This document shows positions 25,251 through 38,969 of a stretch of DNA of 64,000 nucleotides, one piece after another; positions within the stretch are counted from its first letter, which is position 1, and every line of letters begins with the position of its first letter. The translations under genes and the position numbers were made by a program. The stretch comes from Tubiluchus corallicola. Its lineage: Eukaryota > Animalia > Priapulida. Location: positions 139,575 to 203,574 of the forward strand of contig JAQGDQ010000418.1 in NCBI GenBank assembly GCA_030141605.1, written 5' to 3'. The notes under the pieces were generated by a model, which saw nothing but the letters and a program-made list of their open reading frames with translations, searched no databases and was not told the DNA's origin.

Positions 25251-25493
25251 AGCTGGTTGTCTAAACCTCTCCAACTGTTGCTACTCGTTTAATGAAAATC
25301 CTAATCTACATAAATCCACTTACTACCATCATGATAAAACTTGACAATCTTTGCTGAATCATCAATTAGTGAAAATTAAAAAGAAGCTGGAGATTTATAA
25401 GATGACAAGCTTTTACATGATCAATCAGTGTGATAATAAAATGAATTACTGCAACCTGATTAATTTAAAACAATCCATTCATGCTAAAAGCTG

Positions 25494-25732
25494 TCATCGT
25501 CGTCATGGTTATCATCATCGTCGCCATCATCATCATCATCATCACCACCATCATCATCAGCATCGTCATCACCGTTGTCGTTGTCATCATCATCATCACC
25601 ACCATCGCCATCACCATCGTCATCACCGTTGTAGTCGTTATCATCATCACCATCTCGATCACCAGCACCATTGTCATCATCGTCACCATCGTCATCATCG
25701 TCACCATCGTCATCATCATCATCATCATCATA
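25494..25732. repeat. (CAT/CAC)n simple repeat
   Basis: Direct inspection. Confidence 0.9.
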
Positions 25733-26785
25733 AAACGACAACAACCCTTCTTACATTTGTCTTTCCTGCAAAATATTTCAACCAATCAAAGCAAAGTGAA
25801 ATTATCATGCTTAAAAAAACCGACCAACTTTGGAGCTGGGGACAAGACAGTGTGAGCATCTAAAAATTTGACTTTCGACAATGTATGTGAAAACTAGGTC
25901 CTACCCTTAATTATGCTTAGTCGGACCGTTGAGTGACATTAGAGGTCATTTGAAGGTCAATGTTCACAAAGTGGAACAAGTCCCTTCTTGTTTGGTTTTG
26001 TGACGCTGAGTACGTCAGAACTGTGGCAGCTTTAAGAACAATAATCCACCTAATCCATCGTGTCACGTTGATCCATTCGCTATGTTTTAGGCTTGTTAAA
26101 TGATTAATACAAACGTTTTTGTACTGCAATGTTCATTGGGAGGACAAATTTTCCCAATAACTTCCCGTTTTTGACGTATTTATGTGACCATAACTTTCGG
26201 GAAATGGCGTTTCTGGAAAAATAATCGATTCGGGTTGCCACTTGTTCATTGCCAATATGAGAATGGTAAATTACCATCAAGACGTCATGGTGGATTCATA
26301 GGACTATCAATATCAATAACGTTCACTTTGATATGGCATGTAGAAGTATTAGAGACGATGGAGGGTGGGGGGAAAGATTGCATTAATAGTTGATGGGGTG
26401 AGAAAGCGCGAGGAAGGGAAGGAAGTTGAGGCGGAAGTGGTGGCATGAGAGAGAAGAGGCGGGATAATATATGGATAGACAGACACGGATTATAGAGCAG
26501 TAAAAACGACAACAGTAACAACAATGATAACGACGACAATGATGACGACAACAGTAGCAGCAACAGCAACAACAACAACAGCAACAACAACAACAACAAC
26601 AATAACATCAACAACAACAACAGCAACGACATTGTTGTTGTTTTTGTTGTTGTTTTTAAATTTTGTGATTCCTAAATCTACGTCTTTGTACGTTTGCCCA
26701 CCTTTGTCCGTTTCACCTTTTTTGTTTTCTTTCCCTACATTCTGTTTCGCTTTCTTTCCCTCCTTCGCACGGTCTCGAACACTGC

Positions 26786-27245
26786 TAAAAAGTCACAAGT
26801 AGAAAAGTTGCATTTGAAAACGTTGCAGGTAATAGTCACAGAAAAAGTCGCGTAAAAAGGTACAGGAAAACAGTACTGATCCTAATCCGAACCCTAACCC
26901 TGACCCAGACAACTGACCCTTACCCTAATCCTAGCTAAAATTACGTGACGTTTTCATGTGACTTTTTTCCAGTGATTTTTTTTCATGTGACTTTTTCATG
27001 TGATTTTTTCCATGTGACTTTTTTCCTGTTACTTTTTTCATGTGACTTTTTTCCAGTGATTTTTTCTGTGACTTTTTTTCATGTGAATTTTTTCATGTGA
27101 CTGTTTTCCTGTGACGTTTTTTCTGTGACTTTTTTCCAGAGACTTTTTTCTGTGACATTTTTCCTGTGACTTTTTCCGTGAGACTTCTTTCATATATCTT
27201 TTTTGTGACTTTTTGCCTGTGACTTTTTTCCTGTGACTTTTTCAT
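26786..27245. mobile_element. Helentron/HINE-like non-autonomous element with inverted short-repeat arms
   Basis: aaaagtcaca repeats, central cctaaccct motifs, then an array of tgtgactttttt (inverse complement). Confidence 0.45.
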
Positions 27246-27600
27246 GAGTGGCGCACCCTGGAGGGTGAGTTAGTGAGATTTTACCAATTGATGAAAATGC
27301 TTTAAATAGTTAATAATTATTTTTTCTAGTTACTTAACTATTTCAAGCAGGTAAGCGAAATGTTAAGTAATATAACTTTGCATGGAATGTTCTTTGGGAT
27401 ATAATTTAACATTGCCATTACTTGATTTCCCCTGATTTACGTTGTGCGTATATGACGTCATGTAATGAAACAGTATAGCAGGACATTTAAAATAAAAACA
27501 AACAAAAAATTCTTTCAACGCGAGTACGATATATGCATAAAATCGCTATAACGTAATATAATTTTTAAGACGATTTTTCTGAAACCTACTTCAGGTACCT
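27245..27600 (+). mobile_element. Kolobok-like family B, 3' half
   Basis: Homology to 18305-18640. Confidence 0.65.
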
Positions 27601-28242
27601 CAAGTATCTCTTAATTTTTCTCATCTATTCGAGATTTTAATAACGAGGAACATTAACTACTTCGAAGATGTAATCTGTCAGTCGACATAAGTTAACTTAC
27701 AAAGTTAAAAATTCCAATAACGTTCAACTCCGTTATGGACAACTGAAACGCCCGTGTCATTAATTAGTTGTGCAGTTAGTCACTCAAGGTCTCAAGATGT
27801 TGGCTTCCTATTTCAATTAAACATAAGAAGCCATTTTTGAGAAGTTAATGAAAGTTTTTTCATCAGGTCAGAGGAAGTTTAAGAGCGGGGTTTCTCTTTC
27901 TACCAGTTTTTCGTTTTTTCGTTCTTAACTGTCGCTGAGTATTTTGTTGTCATTCATTCATTGTTTTTTTCCTTCCCTCCTTCCATGAGTCATTCATTCT
28001 TTAAAAATATATTACACGCATTGATTTATTCACTCATTTCTACTTTCTTCCCTTCCTTCCCTCCTTCTTCCCTTTCTTTTTTCTTCTTTGCTTTCCTTTT
28101 TCATTCTTTACTTCTTTGTTTGGTTCTTTCCTTCTTTCTTTCTTTCTCTCTTATTCCTTTCTTCTTTCTGACTTTTCTTGCTTCCTCCCATTTTTCTACT
28201 ATTTGAACCCATTCTATCTTCATACCACTTTTTGCTTAGTTA

Positions 28243-28690
<448 letters not shown>

Positions 28691-29071
28691 CATATCTCAC
28701 ACCTCTCAATTACAATCTTAACTGGTCTACCTTACTTAGTGGCACATTTTACATTTGTTCTTCAGGATTTCTCGCAAAGTAGCTTATCAGTTCAGTTTCA
28801 GCACCTTAAGAAAATAACTTCTTCTTTGCAGCAGCAGTAGCAGCTTTGTCAGAAAATATCGATGCCGTCTTCGTTTTTCCCACAATGCCTTGGGCGCTCG
28901 ATTAAAAAGCAACAGTTTAGAGTTAGCAGCAAATGTTTAAATGTTTTGTGGGTAGAGAATTTAACAGAACAGCTGGTAATTTGTGTTGTAGGTCTTTTGT
29001 CATTTTCATTTCCCTGTTTTCTTATAAGCCGTATGCTCTCTCTTTTTCTCTCAATCTCTCACTACTCTCTC

Positions 29072-29126
<55 letters not shown>

Positions 29127-30664
29127 CCTCCTCCTCTCCTCTCTGCCCTGTTCTGACTTTCTTGTCCCAGACAATCCACGTTTTTTTCCATTCATTCTCT
29201 TTCTTTCTCTTCCTTTCTGCTCTTCCCTTCTTTCCATGTTGCTTTATTTTCCCTATTTCACTCTTCTTCCCCGTTCTCCCCATTTTTATATTCCCTTCCC
29301 TTTACAACATCACTATTCAATCTTCAGTATACAAAAAATCACAATTAAATCCAAATTTTCAAATTTCCTCTCCCAAACAGGAACTTTCTCTGACTAAAAG
29401 TGAAACATCCTGCAAACAAAAGCACCCCTCAATTTCCTGTTGACGAATCTCTTTATATCAGCAGATCAAATTAGCCAAAGAAACGGAATGCTGGCTTCCC
29501 TTTCACAATCAAACAACATACCTCTTTTGAAAAAAGCTTGCTATACAATAAGTTTTGAGTGCATTTCCCTCTTAACCAGTTTGCTAATTAGCTACGCCTG
29601 GGTATAATTTCCGACATCTCTGTACTTCCCTGTGAATGATAATTGGAAAAGCCAACCGGCGGCAACCCCACTACAAATTCTCTGCTTTGTGAGGGTGGGA
29701 ACGTGGACAGTGATAACGTGATTTTGTTACTATCGTTAGTTTTGGAGTGGGTATGATGCCGCGCTTAGACGAGCCACAATACAAAATCCACATTTGTGGA
29801 TAATTTTACCCACTCTGCGAGCTTTTGTATAAAAATCCGAATTTTACTATAAATGATTAGTATCATTAGTTTAAATTTTCTTGTACGTTGCATTGTATGT
29901 CTTAATGCCATAATTACTTATTTTCTCGAGTTCACGAACTTTAAGATTATCTCTGCACTGATGTCAAGACTTTACGACGCCTCAGGCTGATCCCGCCCAT
30001 CTCTAATGTGAATTTATGGTTGTTTATGTAATGAGAACTTTAAACAATTACTTGTGGTGTATTAGCAACACTATTAACCTAGTTTCTACGTGGTCATTAT
30101 AAATACAAGTTACATGTATTTGAATAGCGCTTATATACAAGCAGGCTGTGTAATTGTTTGTTGTGTGTACACAATTGTTTGTTGTGTGTGAATACCTTGC
30201 GCCTGTTCGTTATGTGGCACTTATATAGAGCATGCGTCAAGTAACAGCCTGTGGTGTGTTACAAAATGTGCCCTTTACATGAATACGAAAGTGTACACAT
30301 TTTCTGAGGGGAATAAGAATTTTTTCTAAAATGTGAGGCTCTCAAACTGTGGCGCCCTGGGCTCTAGTCTACTTAGTCTCTTGGTTAATACACCTCCGAT
30401 TTATGTTTCCCACAAACCCCTGGTGTGGGGCACGAAAGCCAAATTCCAAGGTTAGTTTGTTCTAACCCTTTTGTCAACATGGTATTCCTATTATGACGCG
30501 TATATAGGTAATTAGATATATTTGCACGAAAGCAAGTCAAATAATCAGTCAAATAAAAAGTTAAATCTAGACTTATTGTAATAGTTTCCTTTAAACACAA
30601 GCCCTTTATTTTTATATTTTTAAACAAATCGTCCCAAACAATGTCAACTGGTACTCAACGTAAT

Positions 30665-31360
30665 GACACGTTCGCACTAGCGAGTACTCTAGCCAAATTA
30701 ACTCAAGTTATCTTGCCAAGTAACTCACAAAGATGTTCCGATTAGAAAGCAAAACTTGCTGCGAGTTACTCACCAACAGGAAACACGAGCTGATACTATT
30801 TGCTGTGAGAAGTGTCGAGAGTAACTCGCCAAAGCATTCACACTAGACAGTAAAACAACTCACAGCAAGTGTCGGAGAGTCTGCGATAACTTGCAGACAG
30901 TAACTCGCCAAGTAACCTGCAAGCCTGTTCAGACTAGAAAGCAAAACTTGCTGTGAGTTACTGTCCCACAGTAAGCAGGAGCGGTGCTAACACTACATTC
31001 ATCATTCGCTGTGAGTAGTGTCAAGAGTAACTCGCCAAAGCATTCACACTAGACAGTAAATCAACTCACAGCAACTGTCGTAGAATCTGCATTAACTTGC
31101 TGACAGTAACTCGCCAAGTAACTTGCAAGCCTGTTCAGACTAGAAAGCAAAACTGGCCGTGAGTTACTGTACCAGAGTAATCACGATTTGATACTCACTT
31201 CTCTATTCACTGTGAGAAGTGTCGAGAGTTATTCGCCGAAGCATTCACATTAGGCAGTAAAACAACTCATAGTAACTGTCGTAGAGTCTGATCATGCTGA
31301 CAGTAACTCGCAAAGTAGTTCACACTAAAGAATTTACTGTCGAGGAGCAAACTCGCCAAT
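30665..31360. repeat. ~200-bp tandem repeat (3+ units), possibly the interior of a PIF/Harbinger-like element
   Basis: Repeated tagaaagcaaaacttgctg(c/t)gagttact...gagtaactcgccaaagcattcacactagacagtaa; starts gacacgttcgcactag. Confidence 0.7.
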
Positions 31361-31499
31361 CTGAACCTAAGGGACAGCAGTAGAAATGTAAAAATATAAT
31401 GGAATATAATAGTGAAATGTAATATTATATAATATATAATAAAATGTAAAATAGAAATAATAAAACATATCTGTTGGCGAAAGACGTTCCTTCTGACAC

Positions 31500-31640
31500 T
31501 GGCAGGGATGTAGACTTTCAAAAAAGAACTTTTCTGGTAAAGAATACCGTAAAGAAGAAACCCGGGGAAAAACTCGATGCACAAGTAGAGGCTCCGTACG
31601 TCATGCGTGTTGTCCATAATGAAGAGACACGTTTTCTCTG
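31500..31640 (+). pseudogene. Degenerate Gypsy/Ginger integrase C-terminal (GPY/F-like) fragment
   Basis: DFQKRTFLVKNTVKKKPGEKLDAQVEAPYVMRVVHN resembles F..GD.VLVK....KL.P.W.GPY.V. Confidence 0.4.
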
Positions 31641-32029
31641 TCCGTTTAAGACGGGATACAAAAACATTTGACATTCTATTCAGGTTTTTGCAGTAGGAGC
31701 AGTTGCAGCAGTAACTGCCATTCAATGTTCTTTTGCCGTATCTTTCTCGGACGAACTAAGTAGGTTTTATGACGGTAGGACTAATTAGTATTCATCAAAG
31801 CTTTTTCATTTGGGCAGTTTTCTGTGAATAACTAGTAGTCGACTAACAGCTATGCGTAATCAATGCTTGTTTATAGACGCATCTATGCACTACTAAATGT
31901 CAGCTTTCAGTAATGGACGATGCACATTATCCCAGCAGCTAAATCATGATTATCTTGTCCGTGTTACGCCCCAGTCTTAAAGGAAAAGTCAAGCTTTCAA
32001 GTGGAGAAAATGTGGATACTACGAGTCCA

Positions 32030-32150
32030 GTTGGTGGTTGCTGTTGTTGTTGTTGTTGCTGCTGCTGTTGTTGTTCTTGTTCTCGTTCCTGCTGTTGCTG
32101 TTGCTGTTGCTGCTGTCGTTGTTGTTGTTGTTGTTGCTGTTGTTGTTCTC

Positions 32151-32181
<31 letters not shown>

Positions 32182-32195
32182 TCGTTGTTGTTGCT
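32030..32195. repeat. (GTT/GCT)n tract preceded by gtggatactacgagtcca, shared with 44140-44270
   Basis: Direct inspection. Confidence 0.8.
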
Positions 32196-32408
32196 ATAAT
32201 AATTATTATTTTATTATTGTTATTATAACCATTTATTGATATATATATATATATATATATTATATATTATATATATATATATATAATTATAAACAAATTT
32301 TGTGCTGTAGACAGTTTTTCCTTGCAAATGTCTTTGTTACATTTTCATTTTAAAGAATAAGACTAAAATCATTCTAACGTCGTGTTAATTGAATTGTAGT
32401 TTTCTTTA

Positions 32409-33001
32409 AATCAAAACCTAACCCAATCTTAAACTGTACATCAAAATAATCTACTCTTTAAAATATTGAAAGGAGACATACTATTTTGTTCAAAAATGAT
32501 TTACGTGAAAGAATTATTACCACACAAACACAATTTCACGCCACTAGTTCCTCGCTGTTACATGCATTTCGCCATTCGCTAGTTAGACTGGCACTAGTGC
32601 CTGCATTTCGGAAACGCATTGCACAAAAAAGGTGCTGCACCTCTCAGTTCAGATGTGACGAACTAGGCACGTTTGACAGCAGCGGTAAATTTGAGATTTG
32701 AATTTTATCTTTTAAATCCGAAATTTATCTTAAAACTTGCCTAATTTTAGTACAACACACTGAATATTTTACAGAAATACCGTGCTTCAATTTCCGCTTT
32801 CGCAAACACGTGTAACTCGCTCGTGAAATATTTTTGCTGTTTAAAATTAAGTTAGTTTGTGATGTCATTACTAGTTGAGCTCGCCCGCCATTATTTAAGA
32901 TGTTAATCTATTATTTAATTATCATAAACGCATTTGCAGTATTAATTGTGTTAAAATGTATACTTTTTATTAGACGTGAAAATGGGGTAGTATATGAAAA
33001 A
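32409..33001 (+). mobile_element. Kolobok-like family A copy
   Basis: Homology to the reverse complement of 3060-3694. Confidence 0.6.
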
Positions 33002-33165
33002 GTAACAGACTACTGAAATAGTGAACTAACCATCAACATCAGTGTTTTAAATACAACCAAATCACGTTTTTAATCATCATCAAAGAGTCATTACGTCTGT
33101 TATAGGCTTTGGGGCGTTACCATTGATTAGGGCATTCCACCCACTCCTATCAGGCAGTCAACAGG

Positions 33166-34085
33166 CCAAATGGCTGCAATTTAACTGAATTACACTCATC
33201 TGGTCATGGAAATCTGAATCTGCGCATTTTAAAATAAGTTGGGCCTATAGATGAAATAAAGAAAGCTTACATTAAAAAAGTACAGTCGTCTGGCGCACTG
33301 CAAGGAACAATCTTAAGCCCACTGCTTTTTAACAACGAAAGTCAAAACAACCACAAACTCATTTTCAAATAAGTTGGGCCTATAGATGAAATAAAAAAAG
33401 GTTACATTAAAAAAGTACAGTCGTCTGGCCCACTGCAAGGAACAATCTTAAGCCCACTGTTTTCTAACAACGAAAGTCAAAACAAGAATAAATTCATTTT
33501 TAAATTCTCTTCCTCTTCAAAATTTCATTCCACCTATTGTAGTCATTGAGGTATCAACATTTATCAGAGCATTCCATCCACTCCTATCTGCGTTCAACAG
33601 CGTAAGTTCTTCTACTCCTAAAGTTGAAGTTGTTGAACATCTTTATTTATCTTAGCTATTCAAGTTGTTTTAGGTTTGCCAGGTGGTTTTTTGCAAAGTT
33701 TTAAGGCTTCCTTTAAGGCGATTCTTACTGGTGCTTCATGTTGTAATCTTTGTTGTACTAGCCATTTTTAAATAAGATGGCCTATAAATGGAATAAGAAA
33801 GACTTACATTAAAAGTGTATAGTCGAATGGTGCACTGCAAGGAATAATCTTAAGGCCACTGTTTTTGATAAACGGATAATGTAGGATGCTTTAGAATTCC
33901 TTCAGCTGCCTCCTAAGCAACAAAAGATAATAATACAAACACTGAACCCATCTTTTAAGACAGAAATGCACTATCAAAAGAAGGGAATCAATCTCAAGAA
34001 TATTTTCGTCTATAAATGTTTGAATATCTTGATTTACTAAGGAATAACTCCACTATTTTGCATGTAAAACCTTGAAATTTTCTCG
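33166..34085 (+). repeat. Dispersed repeat with internal ~135-bp tandem units; inverted copy at 54385-54928
   Basis: Long high-identity match to the reverse complement of 54385-54928. Confidence 0.85.
33500..33766 (-). mobile_element. RTE-type LINE 3' end fragment nested in the dispersed repeat
   Basis: Minus strand WLVQQRLQHEAPVRIALKEALKLCKKPPGKPKTT*IAKINKD...ADRSGWNALI (RTE C-terminus, with stops); a related short tip lies at ~33070-33165. Confidence 0.65.
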
Positions 34086-35245
34086 TGAGTTTTATATAAC
34101 AATAAATTTCATATTCCAGGTTGTTTGTTTTGCTAAGTTGTTTTCTGAAAGCTCGTAAGGCCCATTTTATTGATGTATCACTTGGTCATCACGTTTCAAG
34201 TACTTTAAATAATTGGGTTACTTCATCTTTCATGCCAAAGCAAATCTTCCAACGAGGGCGCACCGCATTTAACTATTTTTACGACCAGCACAGGTAACAG
34301 CAAAAATCCTATCTTCATGGAACATATACTGAAGTGCATTCGACGAATGATCAATGAGGTCTTTGAATATGTCTTGCATTATTAATGAGCTTTTGACTTA
34401 AGTGAGACAGGCAATGCGCTTAAGTCAGCTGTTCTGAGTCATAATTAACTAATGGAGATGTGTTGACATCTTGCAATTATTTGCATTGATGATTTGTGAA
34501 GGAATCTTTATTTGCATCAACAAGAATGAAATATGTAAAAGAGAAAACGAACAGGGAAACAGACACAAAAACAAACAACAAGCTAATAGATAAGTGAAAG
34601 GGTGAACACAATTGAATGAATGATCGATAGAGTGAATGAATGAATGAAGAAAGGAAGGAAAGAAGAAAGAATTAAACAAATGAACGAATAACAGCTAGCA
34701 AAAAAATGTATAAACAGATAACCGGAATGGTAGACAGACGGTTTTTGCAAACTGGTTCATTTACAGTAAAATCGTTTTTAAAAATTCATTTACAGTTTTA
34801 CTCTGTTGCTGGTTTTTTAAACTTGAAAAAACGAAATTGGGATATAAATGTAATAAATAAAACAGCAAGATCCAATAAGTGTGTTATACAGTATGTTATA
34901 ACACATATAGTATACAATAAAGTATACTATAACAATTTATTGTTACTATAACAACAAATATCTTTATTGTACCTTATTGTGCAATGTATTATTGCACTGT
35001 GCAGTAAAGTATTGTATATACCAGTGCAATAATTGCAATAAATGAAATAGAAACAAAATAAACACAACTGGAGAGTAACAGCATTGAACACTCTCACATT
35101 ACAAGACACATTACATGACAAGTGCTACACATGCAAACATCTTTGTCTGTTTGTTTGTCCGTCTGCTCGTCCACCCATCCGTCCTTTCCAACCACTCATT
35201 CATGCGTTCGTGGTTTCTTTGAAGCCATTAGTCACACCAAAACAC

Positions 35246-36203
35246 CATTACACATTACGCGTGTTATTGAAATCACTTACTGTTAACTCTTTCATTACAC
35301 GTGTTATTGAAATCACTTTCTGTTAACTCTTTCATTCTCTTTCATCACACGTGTTATTGAAATCACTTTCTGTTAACTCTTTCATTACACGTGTTATTGA
35401 AATCACTTATTGTTAACTCTTTCATTACACGTGTTATTGAAATCACTTTCTGTTAACTCTTTCATTACACGTGTTATTGAAATCACTTATTGTTAACTCT
35501 TTCATTACACGTGTTATTGAAATCACTTTCTGTTAACTCTTTCATTACACGTGTTATTGAAATCACTTATTGTTAACTCTTTCATTACACGTGTTATTGA
35601 AATCACTTTCTGTTAACTCTTTCATTACACGTGTTATTGAAATCACTTGCTGTTACTCTTTCACTACACGTGTTATTGAAATCACTTACTGTTAACTCTT
35701 TCATTACACGTGTTACTGAAATCACTTTCTGTTAACTCTTTCATTAAACGTGTTATTGAAATCACTTGCTGTTAACTCTTTCATTACACGTGTTATTGAA
35801 ATCACTTGCTGTTAACTCTTTCATTACACGTGTTACTGAAATCACTTTCTGTTAACTCTTTCATTACACGTGTTATTGAAATCACTTATTGTTAACTCTT
35901 TCATTAAACGTGTTATTGAAATCACTTGCTGTTAGCTCTTTCATTACACGTGTTATTGAAATCACTTACTGTTTACTCTTTCACTACACGTGTTATTGAA
36001 ATCACTTATTGTTAACTCTTTCATTAAACGTGTTACTGAAATCACTTGCTGTTAACTCTTTCATTACACGTGTTATTGAAATCACTTACTGTTAACTCTT
36101 TCATTACACGTGTTACTGAAATCACTTGCTGTTAACTCTTTCATTACACGTGTTATTGAAATCACTTGCTGTTAACTCTTTCATTAAACGTGTTATTGAA
36201 ATC
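35246..36203. repeat. 40-bp minisatellite (~24 units)
   Basis: (CATTACACGTGTTATTGAAATCACTTnnTGTTAACTCTTT)n. Confidence 0.97.
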
Positions 36204-36558
36204 ACTTACTGTTTACTCTTTCATTACACGTGTTATTGACATCACTTGCTGTTAACTCTTTCGTGGTAGGAAGCTGCACAAGTGTAAGTGATGGATCAGC
36301 ATTAACTTTGCCTCATTAAAAGAGACTGAATCAAAGACCTTTTGCAAAACAGCATGTCGACTGAATGCTGCAGCTACAGCTTCAGTGCTCTATGTGGGGT
36401 GTGCGCACACGTTTGATCATTGTAAGTGGTAAGTGGCATGGTTTATTATAGTATTTGGTTATTTTTATCAAACAATTAATTAGTTAAACAAACTTTGTTA
36501 TAATGGAATTTATTTGCTAGAAGTCCTGCGTTTGTTTTTATGCAAGGCTCCTTAGAAC

Positions 36559-36561
<3 letters not shown>

Positions 36562-36624
<63 letters not shown>

Positions 36625-36642
36625 AGAGGAGGGGAGGGAGGG
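36562..36642. repeat. (GA)n microsatellite
   Basis: Direct inspection. Confidence 0.95.
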
Positions 36643-36952
36643 AGATCACTCATCATGAATGCTGAAGCGATAGTAGAGCTAATACACAAACAATACACCT
36701 CGCTTAGCGCGGTAGTTAAATGAACTGAATAATGTAGAATTCCTGCTGTCGTATTAATGCACATATATACCCCAGAGTAATTCAGCATTTTATGGAAAAC
36801 TGCTGTCCCCTGGGGTGCTGCTAATGAAACTCAAGAATTGCAATGCAAAGTATGGGCACAAGGATCGTTGTTCAATCATAACTTTTTCTTTCTAATGTGA
36901 AGGTTCAGCTAATGGATACAGCTGCTAAAGTGGCAGTACTGCAGCTGGGGTC

Positions 36953-37086
36953 AAACCCTAACCCAATCTAATCTAAACCTAAACCAATCTAATCTAATGT
37001 AACCTAACCCAATCCAATCTAACTTAACCTAACCTAACCTAATCTAAGCTAATCTAACCCAGTCTAACCTAACCAATCTAATCTAT
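36953..37086. repeat. (AACCT/AATCT)n pentamer tract
   Basis: Direct inspection. Confidence 0.8.
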
Positions 37087-37399
37087 TTAAGCTAATGTGT
37101 CGCACGTTTTTCTTTGAAAATCGTTTTCATTTTGCAAACTCGCTTGCCTCTTATGTTTATTACTAAACGACGCTCACAACATATTAACTATTATATATGT
37201 TCATCGTAAATAATTGATTGTAGTGTACTGGCTGGGGAATTGTTAAATGGCTATAATGTTTGCACCATGATTGAAGGTAAAGGGTGCTGTACAGTGTACA
37301 TGTGGCCCTGCTTTGTGTATGTATACACATGTGTGATGGCAATTAAAACTGGTGGGCTTACGCCGTCATTTCACCATTATTGTAGTGTAATGTAGTGTA

Positions 37400-37962
37400 G
37401 CACTGCACTGCACCGCACTATACTACACTGCACTGCATTGCACTACACTACACTACACTAGACTGCACTGCACTATGCTACACTGCACTACACTGCACAA
37501 CACTACACTACACTAGACTGCACTACACTAGACTGCACCACGCTAGACTGCATTGCACTACACTACACTTGACTGCACTGCACTGCACTACACTATGCTA
37601 CACTGCACTACACTACACTACACTACACTAGACTACACTACACTACACTACACTACACCGCACTACACTGTACTACACTAGACTGCACTGCACTACACTA
37701 CACTACACTACACTACACTACACTATGCTACACTGCACTACACTACACTGCACAATGCTACACTACACTACACTACACTACACTACACTACACTACACTA
37801 CACTACACTACACTACGCTACACTACACTACACTACGCTACACTACACTACACTGCACTACGCTACACTACACTACACTACACTACACTGCACTACACTG
37901 CACTACACTACACTACACTACACTACACTACACTGCACTACACTGCACTACAATACACTACA
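37400..37962. repeat. (CACTA/CACTG)n pentamer microsatellite
   Basis: Direct inspection. Confidence 0.95.
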
Positions 37963-38969
37963 AACACGCACGATAAGGAAGCGCTGACTTTTAAACGTTT
38001 TCTCTGACCAAACAATGCAAACTTATTGCTTTTACAATTAATTTATGTAAGTTTCTCTCTCCCCTTCCCCTGTCTGAAGCCATACAACTGCTACTGTACC
38101 ATCACAAAAGACCAGCAGTCGAACTTTCGCCACTGGTCAGATATGGCTATCTGCGCTTACATCACTCTTATTAAATTAAGACCCATCCGTGAATGCGATC
38201 GCGTGCCGCCTAATTCTAATTCAGATCAGGACTGGAAGCAGCATGTCCAATGCCTGATGAACTCTGGACACATCAGATATTTACCGTGATAGAGAGCGTA
38301 GCGGTGAGATCTTACATGATTCACTTAAACCGGTTTGTGTATAATGAAGCCAGGTTTTAGAGATACGGTTGCTTGAGTGTCTGGCTTCTTGTAGATAGGG
38401 TTTGTCCTACTGATGCAATCTGTGTAGAGACACGAATGTAATGATATTATTTTAGCCTTAAGTAGTTGCTATAAGAGCCGCTAGGGCGCGCTGCGTGAGC
38501 TAAAGTGATATTTCAGAGCTGTTAAAGCCAGCTTGATTTCATTCGTTTTACTCTTTTGTCGCTTGATGGCGGTAGATGCCAAATGTTATTATTATAAATG
38601 CTAACAGAGCGAAAGGTCAGTTTTAGTTCTTTCTGCTTTACGATCACTGAGATGTCACATATGATATATCACATATCAAAGTGTTTTTAGCACCTGCGAC
38701 GTCACCAGGCGTGACAATATGTTACTACAGTGTTTTATTACAAAACACACACCCGCAGAACTTTATTAGAAAATACTTACCCTAGGTTTGGCATGTGGGA
38801 GGTCCTGCAGGAGGTATGCCCAGTTTCTACCTTAAAAGGCCATTGTTTGCATTGCTTTCCTGTACTTGGTCTGACGTTAGTATTCCTAATTCGCAACATT
38901 TTATTTTGATTAAAGTACAAGAAAACCCTCCACTTACAAGGCTTAAAACAGTTCGTCTTGAAATTTTTT

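Noticed and set aside
35246-36203. CRISPR-like 40-bp array
   Set aside because: No spacers; ordinary minisatellite
38781-38830. Minus-strand 50-nt candidate exon (ttttaag...gtaagt); similar candidates at ~34201-34292 and ~38080
   Set aside because: Plausible splice signals but no recognisable protein or chain of exons; a large-intron host gene cannot be excluded without RNA data
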